A DNA stretch of 64,000 nt. It comes from Treponemataceae bacterium. GTDB lineage: Bacteria; Spirochaetota; Spirochaetia; Treponematales; Rectinemataceae. The translations under genes were made by a program, and so were the position numbers. Below, piece by piece: positions 1-9,260 of this stretch (its first letter is position 1; each line of letters begins with the position of its first letter). The stretch covers positions 224,001 through 288,000 of the forward strand of contig CAXXGJ010000018.1 of the NCBI GenBank assembly GCA_963677895.2, given 5' to 3'. Under the pieces are notes generated by a model, which worked only from the letters and a program-made list of their open reading frames with translations, searched no databases and had not been told where the DNA came from.

Positions 1-648
1 TACGACAACATTTCCCAGGACAAGGACTGGCTCGTCTTCGAGCCTACCGACCTGAGGATAAAACTCGATAGCCCGACCAGTCTCCTCGCGTCCTGGGGGC
101 CGGCAGTCGAGGGGGAACCCGAAGACACGGCTGGATGGCGGGCGGGCGACAGCTTTATCCGCTTTATCGTCGTGGACAAAGATATAAGGGAATCCATTCG
201 CGCCGAGGAAGCCAGACGCTCCGAGGCCTTGGGAAAATTCTTCGCCGCTGTCGCCTCCATCGGCGGCGGAAAAGGTGACAGGGCGGGCATGCTGGAATTT
301 TCTTCCCCGTCGGCCGGCACCCTCGAACTGTGGCCAAGCGGCCTTTATTCATGGAAAGATACGTTGTTCCTTCCCGCGAACTTCACGCCCGCGGCCGACG
401 ACAGCGCCGCGGAACAGAAGGGAACCGCCGTTTTCGGCCTGAGACTTTCCAATGACCTCTCCGCGCAATGGCAGGGCGGATTCTCCCTCTATTCCGACGC
501 GACGGGAAAAAGATCGGACTATGTCTACCGGCTGGAATCCAAGGGACTCGTCCTGGCGAAGGCTATCGGCTCCGCTCCCGGGCTTCCCCTGGGCGAAATA
601 GAAAACCGGCTCGGAATGGCGACGTTAGGCTTCTCGGGCAAACAGTGA
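1..648 (+). CDS. Hypothetical protein, C-terminal part (5'-truncated by window edge)
   Basis: Frame +1 is open from base 1 through the 172..648 ORF to TGA at 646-648; GC3-rich codon usage; stops 16 nt before the ABC-F start. Confidence 0.7.
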   Translation, partial: YDNISQDKDWLVFEPTDLRIKLDSPTSLLASWGPAVEGEPEDTAGWRAGDSFIRFIVVDKDIRESIRAEEARRSEALGKFFAAVASIGGGKGDRAGMLEFSSPSAGTLELWPSGLYSWKDTLFLPANFTPAADDSAAEQKGTAVFGLRLSNDLSAQWQGGFSLYSDATGKRSDYVYRLESKGLVLAKAIGSAPGLPLGEIENRLGMATLGFSGKQ

Positions 649-664
649 ATCACGGCAGGATACA

Positions 665-2644
665 ATGGCTTTCGTACAACTAAGCAATGTCAGCGTGGCT
701 TTCGGGGCGCGCGATCTCATAAAATCGGCGACGCTCACTCTCATGGAAGGCTCCAGGGCTGCCCTGGCGGGGCCGAACGGTGCGGGCAAGTCCACGCTCA
801 TGAAGATCGCCGTAGGTCAGTTCAAACCCGATACGGGCGACATAGCCATAACCAAGGGCGCGAGGATCAGCTATCTGCCCCAGACCAACGTCACGCTCGG
901 CCGCGGCAGCGTGCTCGAGGAAGCAGAATTGGCTTTCTCCCACATCGCCGAGATGATGAAACGCCAGGAAGAGCTGGGGCGGCAGCTTCAGGCCAAGGAT
1001 CTCGACGAAAGGCTGACGAGCCGACTCCTCGAGGAGTTCGACGACATCGGACGGGCGGTCGAATCCAGCGGCTACTTCCGGCGGGCGGAGCGCATCGCCG
1101 AAGTTCTCCGCGGTCTGGGATTTGCCGACAAGGATTTCGGGAAGATGACGACGGAGCTCTCGGGCGGCTGGCAGATGCGGCTCGCCCTCTCCAAGGTGCT
1201 TCTCGAGGATCCCGATATAATGCTTCTCGACGAGCCGACGAACTATCTCGACCTCGAAGCCCGCACCTGGCTCGAAGGTTTCCTGCGCGCCTACAGGGGC
1301 GGCGTCCTCCTCGTCTCGCACGACCGTTATTTCCTCGATGTTACCGTCAACGAGGTCTATGAACTTTTCAACGGCAAACTCAGCCGATATCCTGGTACCT
1401 TCTCGGGTTACGAGGACCGACGCGCCAAGGAGCTCGACGCCATTTTCGAGCAATGGGAACGCCAACAGGAAGAAATCCAGAAGCTGGAGGACTTCATCCG
1501 CCGGTTCAGGTACAAGGCGACCAAGGCCACTCAGGTACAGAGCCGCATCAAGGTGCTGGAGAAGATCGTCCCCATCGAGATTCCCGAGGGCATGAAGCAC
1601 ATCCATTTCAAGTTCCCGCAGGCGCCCCATTCGGGCAAGATCGCCGTGCGGCTTGAAAACATCGGCAAATCCTACGGGGCGCTGCGCGTCATCGACAATT
1701 TTTCCCTGGAGATAGAGCGGGGAAGGAAGATGGCTTTCGTGGGTCCGAACGGAGCGGGCAAATCGACGCTCATGCGACTTCTGGCCGGCACCGACAAGGA
1801 TTTCGAAGGAAGCATCACTTTAGGCTCAGGCATAGAGATAGGTTATTTCGCCCAGGATTCCGCCGAGAAGATGTCTTCGAACCGCACGGTCGAGGAAGAA
1901 GCCGAGACGGTCTGTCCCAACGAGCTCAACCCCAAATTGAGGAATATGCTGGGAGCCTTCCTTTTTCGCGGCGACGACGTGGAAAAGTCGGTGTCCGTGC
2001 TTTCGGGCGGCGAGCGTTCGCGCCTCGCGCTTCTGAAGATGCTGCTCCATCCGGCCAATCTCCTCATCCTCGACGAGCCGACCAATCACCTGGACCTCAC
2101 GTCCAAGGATGTCCTTCTCGAGGCGCTGAGGTCTTTCGAGGGCACCGTGCTCTTTGTCTCGCACGATCGCGGTTTCATAGCCGATCTTGCCGATATGGTG
2201 CTCGAACTCGAGGCGGGCACCACGCCGCGCCTTTACTACGGCGATTACGCCTACTACCTCGAGAAGAAAGCGGCCCTGGCAGCGGCCGCCGCCGACGCCG
2301 CCCAGGACCCTTACGGCCCCGCCCGAAACGCGGCGGCCGCCGTCGCCGCCGCGGCTCCAGTACCAGCCATTTCGGCCCAAGAGCCGCCCTCCTGGGAAGA
2401 AGAGAAGAGCAGGAAAGCGCGTTACCGCAAGCTGATGAAGAGGGAAGAGGAACTCCTGGCGAGACTCGAGACCGTTTCGGAGGAAAAGAAGAAACTCGAG
2501 AACGCCATGGCCCAGCCCCTCAATTATTCGGATGGCGCCAAGGTAAAAAAAATCCTCGCTTCCATCGCCGATTTCGAAACCGAAGCTTCGGCGCTGAACG
2601 AGGAATGGATCGAAATCGCCGACGAGCTGTCGGCCTTCGAATAA
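665..2644 (+). CDS. ABC-F family ATPase (Uup/YheS-like) with C-terminal coiled coil
   Basis: Two ABC domains (GPNGAGKST x2, LSGGW/LSGGE, LLDEPTN x2, SHDR x2), inter-domain linker, no TM segments. Confidence 0.95.
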   Translation: MAFVQLSNVSVAFGARDLIKSATLTLMEGSRAALAGPNGAGKSTLMKIAVGQFKPDTGDIAITKGARISYLPQTNVTLGRGSVLEEAELAFSHIAEMMKRQEELGRQLQAKDLDERLTSRLLEEFDDIGRAVESSGYFRRAERIAEVLRGLGFADKDFGKMTTELSGGWQMRLALSKVLLEDPDIMLLDEPTNYLDLEARTWLEGFLRAYRGGVLLVSHDRYFLDVTVNEVYELFNGKLSRYPGTFSGYEDRRAKELDAIFEQWERQQEEIQKLEDFIRRFRYKATKATQVQSRIKVLEKIVPIEIPEGMKHIHFKFPQAPHSGKIAVRLENIGKSYGALRVIDNFSLEIERGRKMAFVGPNGAGKSTLMRLLAGTDKDFEGSITLGSGIEIGYFAQDSAEKMSSNRTVEEEAETVCPNELNPKLRNMLGAFLFRGDDVEKSVSVLSGGERSRLALLKMLLHPANLLILDEPTNHLDLTSKDVLLEALRSFEGTVLFVSHDRGFIADLADMVLELEAGTTPRLYYGDYAYYLEKKAALAAAAADAAQDPYGPARNAAAAVAAAAPVPAISAQEPPSWEEEKSRKARYRKLMKREEELLARLETVSEEKKKLENAMAQPLNYSDGAKVKKILASIADFETEASALNEEWIEIADELSAFE

Positions 2645-2648
2645 GTCG

Positions 2649-3128
2649 CTACTTCGCCGGCGCTGGCGCCGCCACCGTAGTCGCGGTAGTTGCCGCAGTC
2701 TTATCGATAGGCAGCTTGGCCATCACCTTTTCGGCGAGGATTTTCCAGGTCTGGGGCAGGGAAATCCCTTCAGGGGTCGCGTATTTATCCAAGACAGCCC
2801 TGAGCCCCACTTTGGCGGCCTCATAATGACCCTGTTTGTATTCGATGAACGCCAGTTCGTACATGGCGGAAACGACGAGAGCCTGGTCGTCTGGGAACTT
2901 TTCGAGCAGGGCTTTATAGTAATACTGGGCGCCCTTCCAGTCGTAGATATCGGAGCGTTCCTGCGCCTTCTGGATAATCTCGGCCGAGCTGATGTCGGCG
3001 GGGATGGGGGGAAGCTTCGTGGCGCAGGATAAAGACAGAAGCGCCGCGAGCAGCACAATCGCCGTTATGGCGGGCATCGCGCGGAAATCTCTCGCGCCGC
3101 GTTTATATACGTTGAATTTGCTTTGCAT
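2649..3128 (-). CDS. TPR-containing lipoprotein (BamD/YfiO-like)
   Basis: Hydrophobic signal with lipobox LSLSC; helical TPR-like motifs (AQYYYKALLEKFP, AMYELAFIEYKQG); start may be downstream at ~3077. Confidence 0.7.
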   Translation of the reverse strand: MQSKFNVYKRGARDFRAMPAITAIVLLAALLSLSCATKLPPIPADISSAEIIQKAQERSDIYDWKGAQYYYKALLEKFPDDQALVVSAMYELAFIEYKQGHYEAAKVGLRAVLDKYATPEGISLPQTWKILAEKVMAKLPIDKTAATTATTVAAPAPAK

Positions 3129-3218
3129 AGGCTCCCCTTAGGCATTTCGATTATGCTATACTTCCGCGACCAGGGTCAATCATAGAAGCTTATCCTCCGA
3201 CCACTGTGGAAGGTTACA

Positions 3219-3917
3219 ATGTTAGCTGCCGTCATCAATGCCCTTGCCGTCGTAATTGGCTCCATCATCGGACTCATCCTGCGCAAAGGCATCAAGGAAC
3301 GTTATCAGCAAATCATCTTCGCCGCCTCCGGCGTCACGTCCCTCACCATCGGCATCCAGATGGTGCTCAAGACCAATCATCTTCTCGCTTTCGCCATCGC
3401 CCTTATCCTGGGCGGCCTCATCGGCACATGGCTCAATATCGAAGGCGCCATAATGGGTTTTGGCGAGCGGCTCAAGAAGCGTTTCGACAAAAAATCAGAA
3501 GGCTCCACCTTCGCCCTGGGCTTTCTCAACGCGTCCATTCTCTATTGCGCGGGCGCGATGGCCATCATCGGATCATTCAAGGCCGGCACCGAAGGCGACT
3601 ATTCAATCATTCTAACAAAGAGCGTGCTGGATGGTTTCATGTCCATCATCTTCGCCGGCGCGATGGGGCCTGGAGTCGCCTTTTCCGCCCTATCCATCCT
3701 TGTCTATCAGGGAATTCTCACCATCGTTTCGGTTTGGGTAAAGCCCTTTGTCACCGAAATAATGCTCGCCGAAATCACCGGCATCGGGGGAGCCCTCGTT
3801 CTTATGATAGGCCTTGGCCTTCTTGACATAAAGAAACTCAAGACGGGGGACTTTCTCCCCGCTCTCGCCGTTACCGTACTTCTCGTCCTTGCCTTTCCCT
3901 ATGTCCCCTTCTTATAA
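3219..3917 (+). CDS. DUF554 family membrane protein
   Basis: N-terminal INALAVVIGSIIG, CAGAMAIIGS, KSVLDG and YQG motifs; multiple TM helices. Confidence 0.9.
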   Translation: MLAAVINALAVVIGSIIGLILRKGIKERYQQIIFAASGVTSLTIGIQMVLKTNHLLAFAIALILGGLIGTWLNIEGAIMGFGERLKKRFDKKSEGSTFALGFLNASILYCAGAMAIIGSFKAGTEGDYSIILTKSVLDGFMSIIFAGAMGPGVAFSALSILVYQGILTIVSVWVKPFVTEIMLAEITGIGGALVLMIGLGLLDIKKLKTGDFLPALAVTVLLVLAFPYVPFL

Positions 3918-3923
3918 TTGAGC

Positions 3924-5264
3924 ATGGTTATCGACAAGAGCCAGCGCTTCATCCACACGAAGCAGGTCGATGAGTCGGGGGCATGGTATAGCCTAGACAA
4001 CGCCGGCATCATAATGCCCGCCGTCACCGACGCGATATCCTCGGGGCTCTTCAGGATAGAAGTCACGCTTGCCGAACCCGTCGACGAAATCATCCTCAAT
4101 CGCGCGCTGGCCGATACTTCCAACCGCTTCCCTTATTTCAACGTCGTCCTGAAACGCGGTTTTTTCTGGTACTATTTCGACCAATGCCAGACAAGCCCCC
4201 AGGCATGCGAAGACGATTCGAGCCCCTGCCAGCACTGCGATACCAACCGTCAGGGCACGCGCATGTTCCGTGTCCGGAGTACCGGATACCGCATAGCGGC
4301 GGAATTTTCCCACAGTCTCACGGATGGTTCCGGCGGCATGTCGTTCATGAAGACGCTGCTCGCCAGATATTTCGCCCTCCTGGGCATAGAACCGGGCGCG
4401 ACCATAGGCGAAGGTGACTATGCCGACATCCTTTCGGTGGAAGATCAGCCGGACCGCGAGGAATACGAGGACGGTTACCAGAAATACTTTCCGGGCAAAC
4501 TGCCTCTGCCCGAGCCCAACCCGCATGCCTGGCATCTTCGCGAACCTCGTCTGCCCGAGGGAAGGTACAGAATCCTGACCGGCCGCCTCAAGCTGGACGA
4601 GGTCCTGGCCGAAGCGAAAAGACGGAACGTGACGATAACGGAGCTTTTGGGCGCCGTCTACCTCGATGCCCTTCAGAGTCTCTGGTTTTCCAAACCCCTA
4701 AAGCCGCGCGAGCACTTCATAAGCGTGGAAATTCCCGTCAACCTCAGGAATTTCTTCAAGACGAAGACGAACAGGAACTTTTCCCTCTTCATCCTGTTGA
4801 GGGAGAATATGCAGCTGGGCGCTCGCGGCTTCGATGAACTGGTCAAAAGGGCGCACTACCAGATGAGGCTCGAAAACGATCCGCGCTCCCTGGCTCGGCA
4901 GATTTCCCGCAACGCCGGGGGTACGCGCAACTTTTTCGTCAGGATTACGCCCCTCTTTGTCAAGAATGTCGCGGCGCGCATACTTTTCGCCAAACTGGGC
5001 GAAAACATGCTGAGCGGCTTCATATCGAATCTTGGACCTCAGCGCATGCCTCCGGGCTTGCTGCCGCATATTGAAAGCTTCACGTTCATTCCAGCTCCGA
5101 GCAAGACCACGCTGACCAACGCGTCGGTCATTTCCTGGAAGGATGAGCTGATTGTGACGTTTGGAAGCCTGTCGCATTCACGCGAGCTGGAAAAGCTCTT
5201 TTTTCGGCGTCTGCGCGGCTTAGGTCTCGCGGTGAGCGTGCGCTGCCGCGACGACAAGGAGTAA
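3924..5264 (+). CDS. CoA-dependent acyltransferase (alcohol acetyltransferase/condensation-domain-like)
   Basis: HxxxDG motif (HSLTDG), LDNAG, GFFWYY, IPVNLR..F and SNLG motifs. Confidence 0.8.
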   Translation: MVIDKSQRFIHTKQVDESGAWYSLDNAGIIMPAVTDAISSGLFRIEVTLAEPVDEIILNRALADTSNRFPYFNVVLKRGFFWYYFDQCQTSPQACEDDSSPCQHCDTNRQGTRMFRVRSTGYRIAAEFSHSLTDGSGGMSFMKTLLARYFALLGIEPGATIGEGDYADILSVEDQPDREEYEDGYQKYFPGKLPLPEPNPHAWHLREPRLPEGRYRILTGRLKLDEVLAEAKRRNVTITELLGAVYLDALQSLWFSKPLKPREHFISVEIPVNLRNFFKTKTNRNFSLFILLRENMQLGARGFDELVKRAHYQMRLENDPRSLARQISRNAGGTRNFFVRITPLFVKNVAARILFAKLGENMLSGFISNLGPQRMPPGLLPHIESFTFIPAPSKTTLTNASVISWKDELIVTFGSLSHSRELEKLFFRRLRGLGLAVSVRCRDDKE

Positions 5265-5267
5265 ACC

Positions 5268-5999
5268 ATGCCCTATTGTCCAGATTGCGGCGTTGAAATC
5301 GGAAACGCGGCGGTCTGCCCGCTCTGCGGAGCCAGGAATCCGAAGGCTGGCGCCGGCCACGACCCCGAATGCGGCGACAAGACCGACGCTCGCCATTCCG
5401 ACTTCTTTGGCGAGGCGGGAGTCGCGGAGGCCCTCACCCCCAAGGAAAAGCGCAAGATTTCCTGGGAAGTCGTCACGGTGGCTTTTGTCATCGCCAGTCT
5501 CGTAATCACGGCGATCAACATCCTCGTCGTCGGCAGGCTCTCCTGGTCTCTTTATCCCGTATCCTCCTTCCTCTTCATCTGGACAATGGCGACTGCCTTC
5601 CTCGTTCTGGACAGCCGGCCCCGGCTTCGCTATACCCTTGCCGCCTTGGACGCGCCGCTTTTCCTTCTGGCTTTGGGACTTTTCACCAGCGATTTATCCT
5701 GGGCCTGGAAGCTGGCCGTGCCCATCGCTCTTTTCACCGAACTCGTGATCTTCAGCGTCTTTCTCCAGATTAGGAACGCGAAGCGAAAAGGCCTTAACGT
5801 TTTTGCCTTTCTCCTGACTGGGGTGGCCATCGGCTGCGTGGGAATCGAAATCTTCGTCGATCTTTTTGTCGGAGGGCATATCCATCTAGGCTGGTCGGCC
5901 ATCACCGCCATCGCCCTCATCCCCATCGCGGTCTTTTTTCTCTACCTGCATTACCGCGTAGCCAAAACCACAAACCTTCACCGGCTCTTCAAGCTTTAG
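5268..5999 (+). CDS. Zinc-ribbon membrane protein (DUF6320-like)
   Basis: N-terminal CPDCG..CPLCG followed by ~6 TM helices; AAGGAG RBS overlapping upstream stop. Confidence 0.8.
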   Translation: MPYCPDCGVEIGNAAVCPLCGARNPKAGAGHDPECGDKTDARHSDFFGEAGVAEALTPKEKRKISWEVVTVAFVIASLVITAINILVVGRLSWSLYPVSSFLFIWTMATAFLVLDSRPRLRYTLAALDAPLFLLALGLFTSDLSWAWKLAVPIALFTELVIFSVFLQIRNAKRKGLNVFAFLLTGVAIGCVGIEIFVDLFVGGHIHLGWSAITAIALIPIAVFFLYLHYRVAKTTNLHRLFKL

Positions 6000-6074
6000 C
6001 CGGCCGATCCGCTCACCGAAGCGCTCGTTTTTCGGCCTTTTTCCGCCTTTCCTCGCTTGGGTTTTCACCGTCTA

Positions 6075-6103
6075 TTGACATTTTCTGCAGTTTTCTGTAA
6101 AGT
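6075..6103 (+). promoter_or_regulatory. Sigma70 promoter of tRNA-Met
   Basis: TTGACA (6075-6080), 17 bp, TAAAGT (6098-6103), 13 nt before the tRNA. Confidence 0.75.
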
Positions 6104-6116
6104 ATTGTCAACACGA

Positions 6117-6189
<73 letters not shown>

Positions 6190-6192
6190 AAA

Positions 6193-6227
6193 AAAAAGAG
6201 GCTTTCTTCGGAAAGCCTCTTTTTCTT
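6193..6227. terminator. Bidirectional intrinsic terminator between tRNA-Met and the LacI gene
   Basis: AAAAAGAGGCTTTC-TTCG-GAAAGCCTCTTTTT perfect hairpin with A/T tails on both sides. Confidence 0.9.
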
Positions 6228-6265
6228 ATATACCTAACAGCTTTAACATCATCTCATTCGTATCG

Positions 6266-7297
6266 TTACTCTGAAATATTTTTTACCGACGACCGTACGA
6301 TCAGTTCTGGGCTTAAGATGATCTGTCTATGTTCATTGTGGCTGTTTTCTATCTGATCCAGTAGCATTGTCACAGAAAGAAAGCCGGTTTGCTCTTTAGG
6401 CTGCTGCACGGTAGTCAAGGGCGGATTAAGGTATTTTGTGGCGAGGATGTTGTCGTAGCCGACAACGCTGTATTTTCCCGGGATGCTGAATCCGTGCTGC
6501 AGCGCGGATTCGTATACGCCGATGGCGATGACGTCGCTAAGGGAAAGGATGGCGCTGAAATCGTCGCGCCCGATCTTGTCCTTTCCCGAGTAGATCGCAT
6601 CGAGCTGTTCGCAGGTGTTATCAACGGTTATCAGGTTATTCTTGATCATCTGTTCGCGGACCGGGAGGCCATTCTCGGCCAGCGTTTTCACATAGCCATT
6701 TCTGAAATCCTGCGAGGAAGGTAGCTCCGAAGGACCGTTCAGCAGCAAAATGTCTCGATGGCCGTTTCGGATCAGGTATTCCGTGGCTAGCCGGGCGGCT
6801 TCCTCGTGATCGACGTAGACGCAGTTGTAGTTGTCGCTCAGTGGACGGTTGTCTATGAAAACCGTCTTGACGTCGTCTTCCAAAAGTAAACGCATGTTGT
6901 CCGAATTTTTGCTCACGGGAGAGATGATGATCCCCTCGACTCCTTGGGAAATCATGGTCGATATATTGTTCATTTCAAGTTTTTCATCGTAGCTGGAATC
7001 GGATAGAAGCATCGTGTAGCCCTTTTTATTGAGCACGCTGCCGACCGCCTTGAAGATTTCCAGGTAAAAGGGGCTCTGGAGATCGTTCAGGATCATGCCG
7101 ATGAATTTCGTCTTCCTGTTCCGGAGTCCTTTCGCGAGCATGTTGGGTCTGTAGTTGTATCGCTTGGCGATGGATTGGATCTTCTCCCTGGTCTTTTCAT
7201 TGATGACGGGATCGTCGTGCAGGGCTTTCGCCACCGTGGAGAATGACATGTTCGCCTGTTCGGCGATGAACTTAATCGTGATGCTCTTTGGCTTCAT
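6266..7297 (-). CDS. LacI family transcriptional regulator
   Basis: N-terminal HTH (ITIKFIAEQANMSFSTVAKAL), YRPN..AKGL hinge, SVVGYDN and PPLTTVQQP motifs. Confidence 0.95.
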   Translation of the reverse strand: MKPKSITIKFIAEQANMSFSTVAKALHDDPVINEKTREKIQSIAKRYNYRPNMLAKGLRNRKTKFIGMILNDLQSPFYLEIFKAVGSVLNKKGYTMLLSDSSYDEKLEMNNISTMISQGVEGIIISPVSKNSDNMRLLLEDDVKTVFIDNRPLSDNYNCVYVDHEEAARLATEYLIRNGHRDILLLNGPSELPSSQDFRNGYVKTLAENGLPVREQMIKNNLITVDNTCEQLDAIYSGKDKIGRDDFSAILSLSDVIAIGVYESALQHGFSIPGKYSVVGYDNILATKYLNPPLTTVQQPKEQTGFLSVTMLLDQIENSHNEHRQIILSPELIVRSSVKNISE

Positions 7298-7326
7298 AGG
7301 CTTCCAAGGATAAAATTTATAAAATA

Positions 7327-7355
7327 AGTTTAAAGAGGCCTTACAACGTTGTCAA
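7327..7355 (-). promoter_or_regulatory. Promoter of LacI gene overlapped by operator copy TTACAACGTTGTCA (7341-7354)
   Basis: Minus strand TTGACA (7355-7350), 17 bp, TAAACT (7332-7327); 13/14 match to the palindromic operator at 7544-7557. Confidence 0.75.
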
Positions 7356-7448
7356 TCCTTGGATGAAAATGCGCTGCCATTTGCTAAAATCCTGTAAAAA
7401 GACAAGAAGCTCGTGTATTTAGGCCGGTAAAAATAGTTGAAAAAAAAC

Positions 7449-7476
7449 TTGACAGGCCTATGACGCGATGTATAAT
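7449..7476 (+). promoter_or_regulatory. Sigma70 promoter of the catabolic operon
   Basis: TTGACA (7449-7454), 16 bp, TATAAT (7471-7476). Confidence 0.8.
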
Positions 7477-7482
7477 GAAACC

Positions 7483-7559
7483 GAATTACAACGATGTAAA
7501 AGCATATAACTGAATTACAACGATGTAAAAGCATATAACTGAATTACAACGTTGTAAAA
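7483..7559 (+). repeat. 29-bp tandem repeat (2.7 copies), each copy carrying a LacI-type operator TTACAACG(A/T)TGTAA
   Basis: GAATTACAACGATGTAAAAGCATATAACT at 7483 and 7512, GAATTACAACGTTGTAAAA at 7541; third core is a perfect palindrome with central CG. Confidence 0.92.
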
Positions 7560-7617
7560 TCTTGAGTTCGACAGCGATAGCGCGCGATGGTTTGAAACAT
7601 GGGAAAGGGGGAATCTG

Positions 7618-8793
7618 ATGTCATATTTTGATTTAGGGGAAACGAAATCGAGGCTTGGGAAAGTCCGAAATATCCTCCGCGAGAAGCACCTGGACGCGGC
7701 GCTCATCTATTATGACGAGCTCAATATTGCCAATGGCTGGTACCTTACCGGCTGGTGTCCGCAGTTTGAGAAGGGTTGCGTATTGCTTCCGCTGAATGGC
7801 GACCCCCTCCTTCTCGGCGGGCCGGAAAGCGAGCCTTTCGCGAAGATGAGCAGCGCGATTGTGGAAACGAGGAATTTTCCGCCCTTCATGGTGCCGGATG
7901 AAGAATATCCGAACGCTACGATCAGCACTTTTGAGATGCTCGCGGCCGAGCTCGTGGGAAAGAATCTTCCGATGAGGACGATTGGCGTCGTCGGCACGGC
8001 ATCGTTGCCGCATAATGTCTACCAGCAGTTCGAGGCGGGGTTTTCTGGCATCCAGCTCGTGGACATCACCGACGACTACGAGCGGCTACGCGCGTTCAAA
8101 TCCCCCTGGGAGATACGCAATATCAGGTCTTCATTTGGGCTTACGTACAAGGCCTACGAAGCCATGAAACAAAAGATCGCTCCCGGCGTCATCGAATATG
8201 AAGTCGCCGCGGAAGGGGAGTATGTCTGCCGTAAGGCCGGTGCCAACAACTTCGCGTTCTCGTGCATCGTAGGAAGCGGCGAGAGGGCCAAGGCCGTCGT
8301 CCCTACCGCGCTCAACAAAGAGATGAAGGATGGGGAACTCGTCATGGTCGGCATCGCGCCCAGAACCAATGGGTACGCGGGGGTGATTGGCGACACGCTG
8401 CCTGTGAACGGGGTCTACACGAAACGGCAAAAAGAATGCGTGAATCACCTTCGCGAGGCGTTCAGGCTCACCAGGGCGATGCTGAAGCCTGGAATGAAGG
8501 GCCGCGAGATAGATCTGCCCGCCAGGAAATATTTTATCGACCATGACCTCATCAAATATCTCGTCTGTCCCTTCGCGCACACGATTGGGCTCATGGAAGC
8601 GGAAGCGCCATTCTTCGGCCCCAACAGCGATGACGCGCTCCTTCCTGGCATGACGGTGTGCGTGGATGTGAGTTTCTTCGGGCATCCAGAATTCCACGGC
8701 GCGAGGATAGAGACGGGCTATGAAATTACCGAGACCGGCTGCGAGCCATTGTGCCCTGAGATGGATGCTTTCTTGTCCAAAGATGTCGAATGA
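7618..8793 (+). CDS. M24 (Xaa-Pro peptidase/creatinase) fold hydrolase
   Basis: Creatinase-like N-domain, RAFKSPWEI, HTIGL, LPGM and GARIE motifs. Confidence 0.85.
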   Translation: MSYFDLGETKSRLGKVRNILREKHLDAALIYYDELNIANGWYLTGWCPQFEKGCVLLPLNGDPLLLGGPESEPFAKMSSAIVETRNFPPFMVPDEEYPNATISTFEMLAAELVGKNLPMRTIGVVGTASLPHNVYQQFEAGFSGIQLVDITDDYERLRAFKSPWEIRNIRSSFGLTYKAYEAMKQKIAPGVIEYEVAAEGEYVCRKAGANNFAFSCIVGSGERAKAVVPTALNKEMKDGELVMVGIAPRTNGYAGVIGDTLPVNGVYTKRQKECVNHLREAFRLTRAMLKPGMKGREIDLPARKYFIDHDLIKYLVCPFAHTIGLMEAEAPFFGPNSDDALLPGMTVCVDVSFFGHPEFHGARIETGYEITETGCEPLCPEMDAFLSKDVE

Positions 8794-8804
8794 GGAGTGG
8801 AGCG

Positions 8805-9170
8805 ATGACAATAGGAAAGAAAGTCTGGGTTTTCGCCGATGGAGATCTCCCGCCGCACCCCATTGGCACCGAGGATCCCAAGGCGCATGAAGCGCTCATG
8901 GTCGTGAACAACAATGAAAGGCAGGCGAACCTTTCGATCACGCTGCTATTTGAAAATGCCGAGCCAAAACAGGGATTGAGTCTGACGGTTCCCCCAAAGA
9001 GGGTGAACTGTTTCAGGATGGATCTTCCTATATGGGGCGGGGATTATGTCATTCCCTTCGGCCAATATGCGGTAATCGTGGAAAGCGATGTCCCGGTAGT
9101 CGCCGTATTCGGGCGGCTCGATCGCAGGGAGAACATGGCTTATTATCCGGTGGCGCCATACGCCCAATAA
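8805..9170 (+). CDS. Sensory rhodopsin transducer (ASRT/DUF1362) family protein
   Basis: GKKVWVFADG..P, HEAL.V.N, GQYAVIVESDVPVV...RLD motifs; GAGGAG RBS. Confidence 0.85.
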   Translation: MTIGKKVWVFADGDLPPHPIGTEDPKAHEALMVVNNNERQANLSITLLFENAEPKQGLSLTVPPKRVNCFRMDLPIWGGDYVIPFGQYAVIVESDVPVVAVFGRLDRRENMAYYPVAPYAQ

Positions 9171-9260
9171 CGTCGGATAGGAGTCCGGTGCCATCTCGGA
9201 TTCCTTTATATAATTTGCCGTGAGTCATTCATGGCATGAGATTCAGGAAGGAGGGACAGG

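Noticed and set aside
2270..2390. GCC-rich stretch in ABC-F as a repeat element
   Set aside because: In-frame Ala/Pro linker before the C-terminal coiled coil.
7483..7559. 29-bp repeats as a mini CRISPR array
   Set aside because: Units are head-to-tail with no unique spacers, there are no cas genes, and the core is a LacI-type operator beside a promoter.
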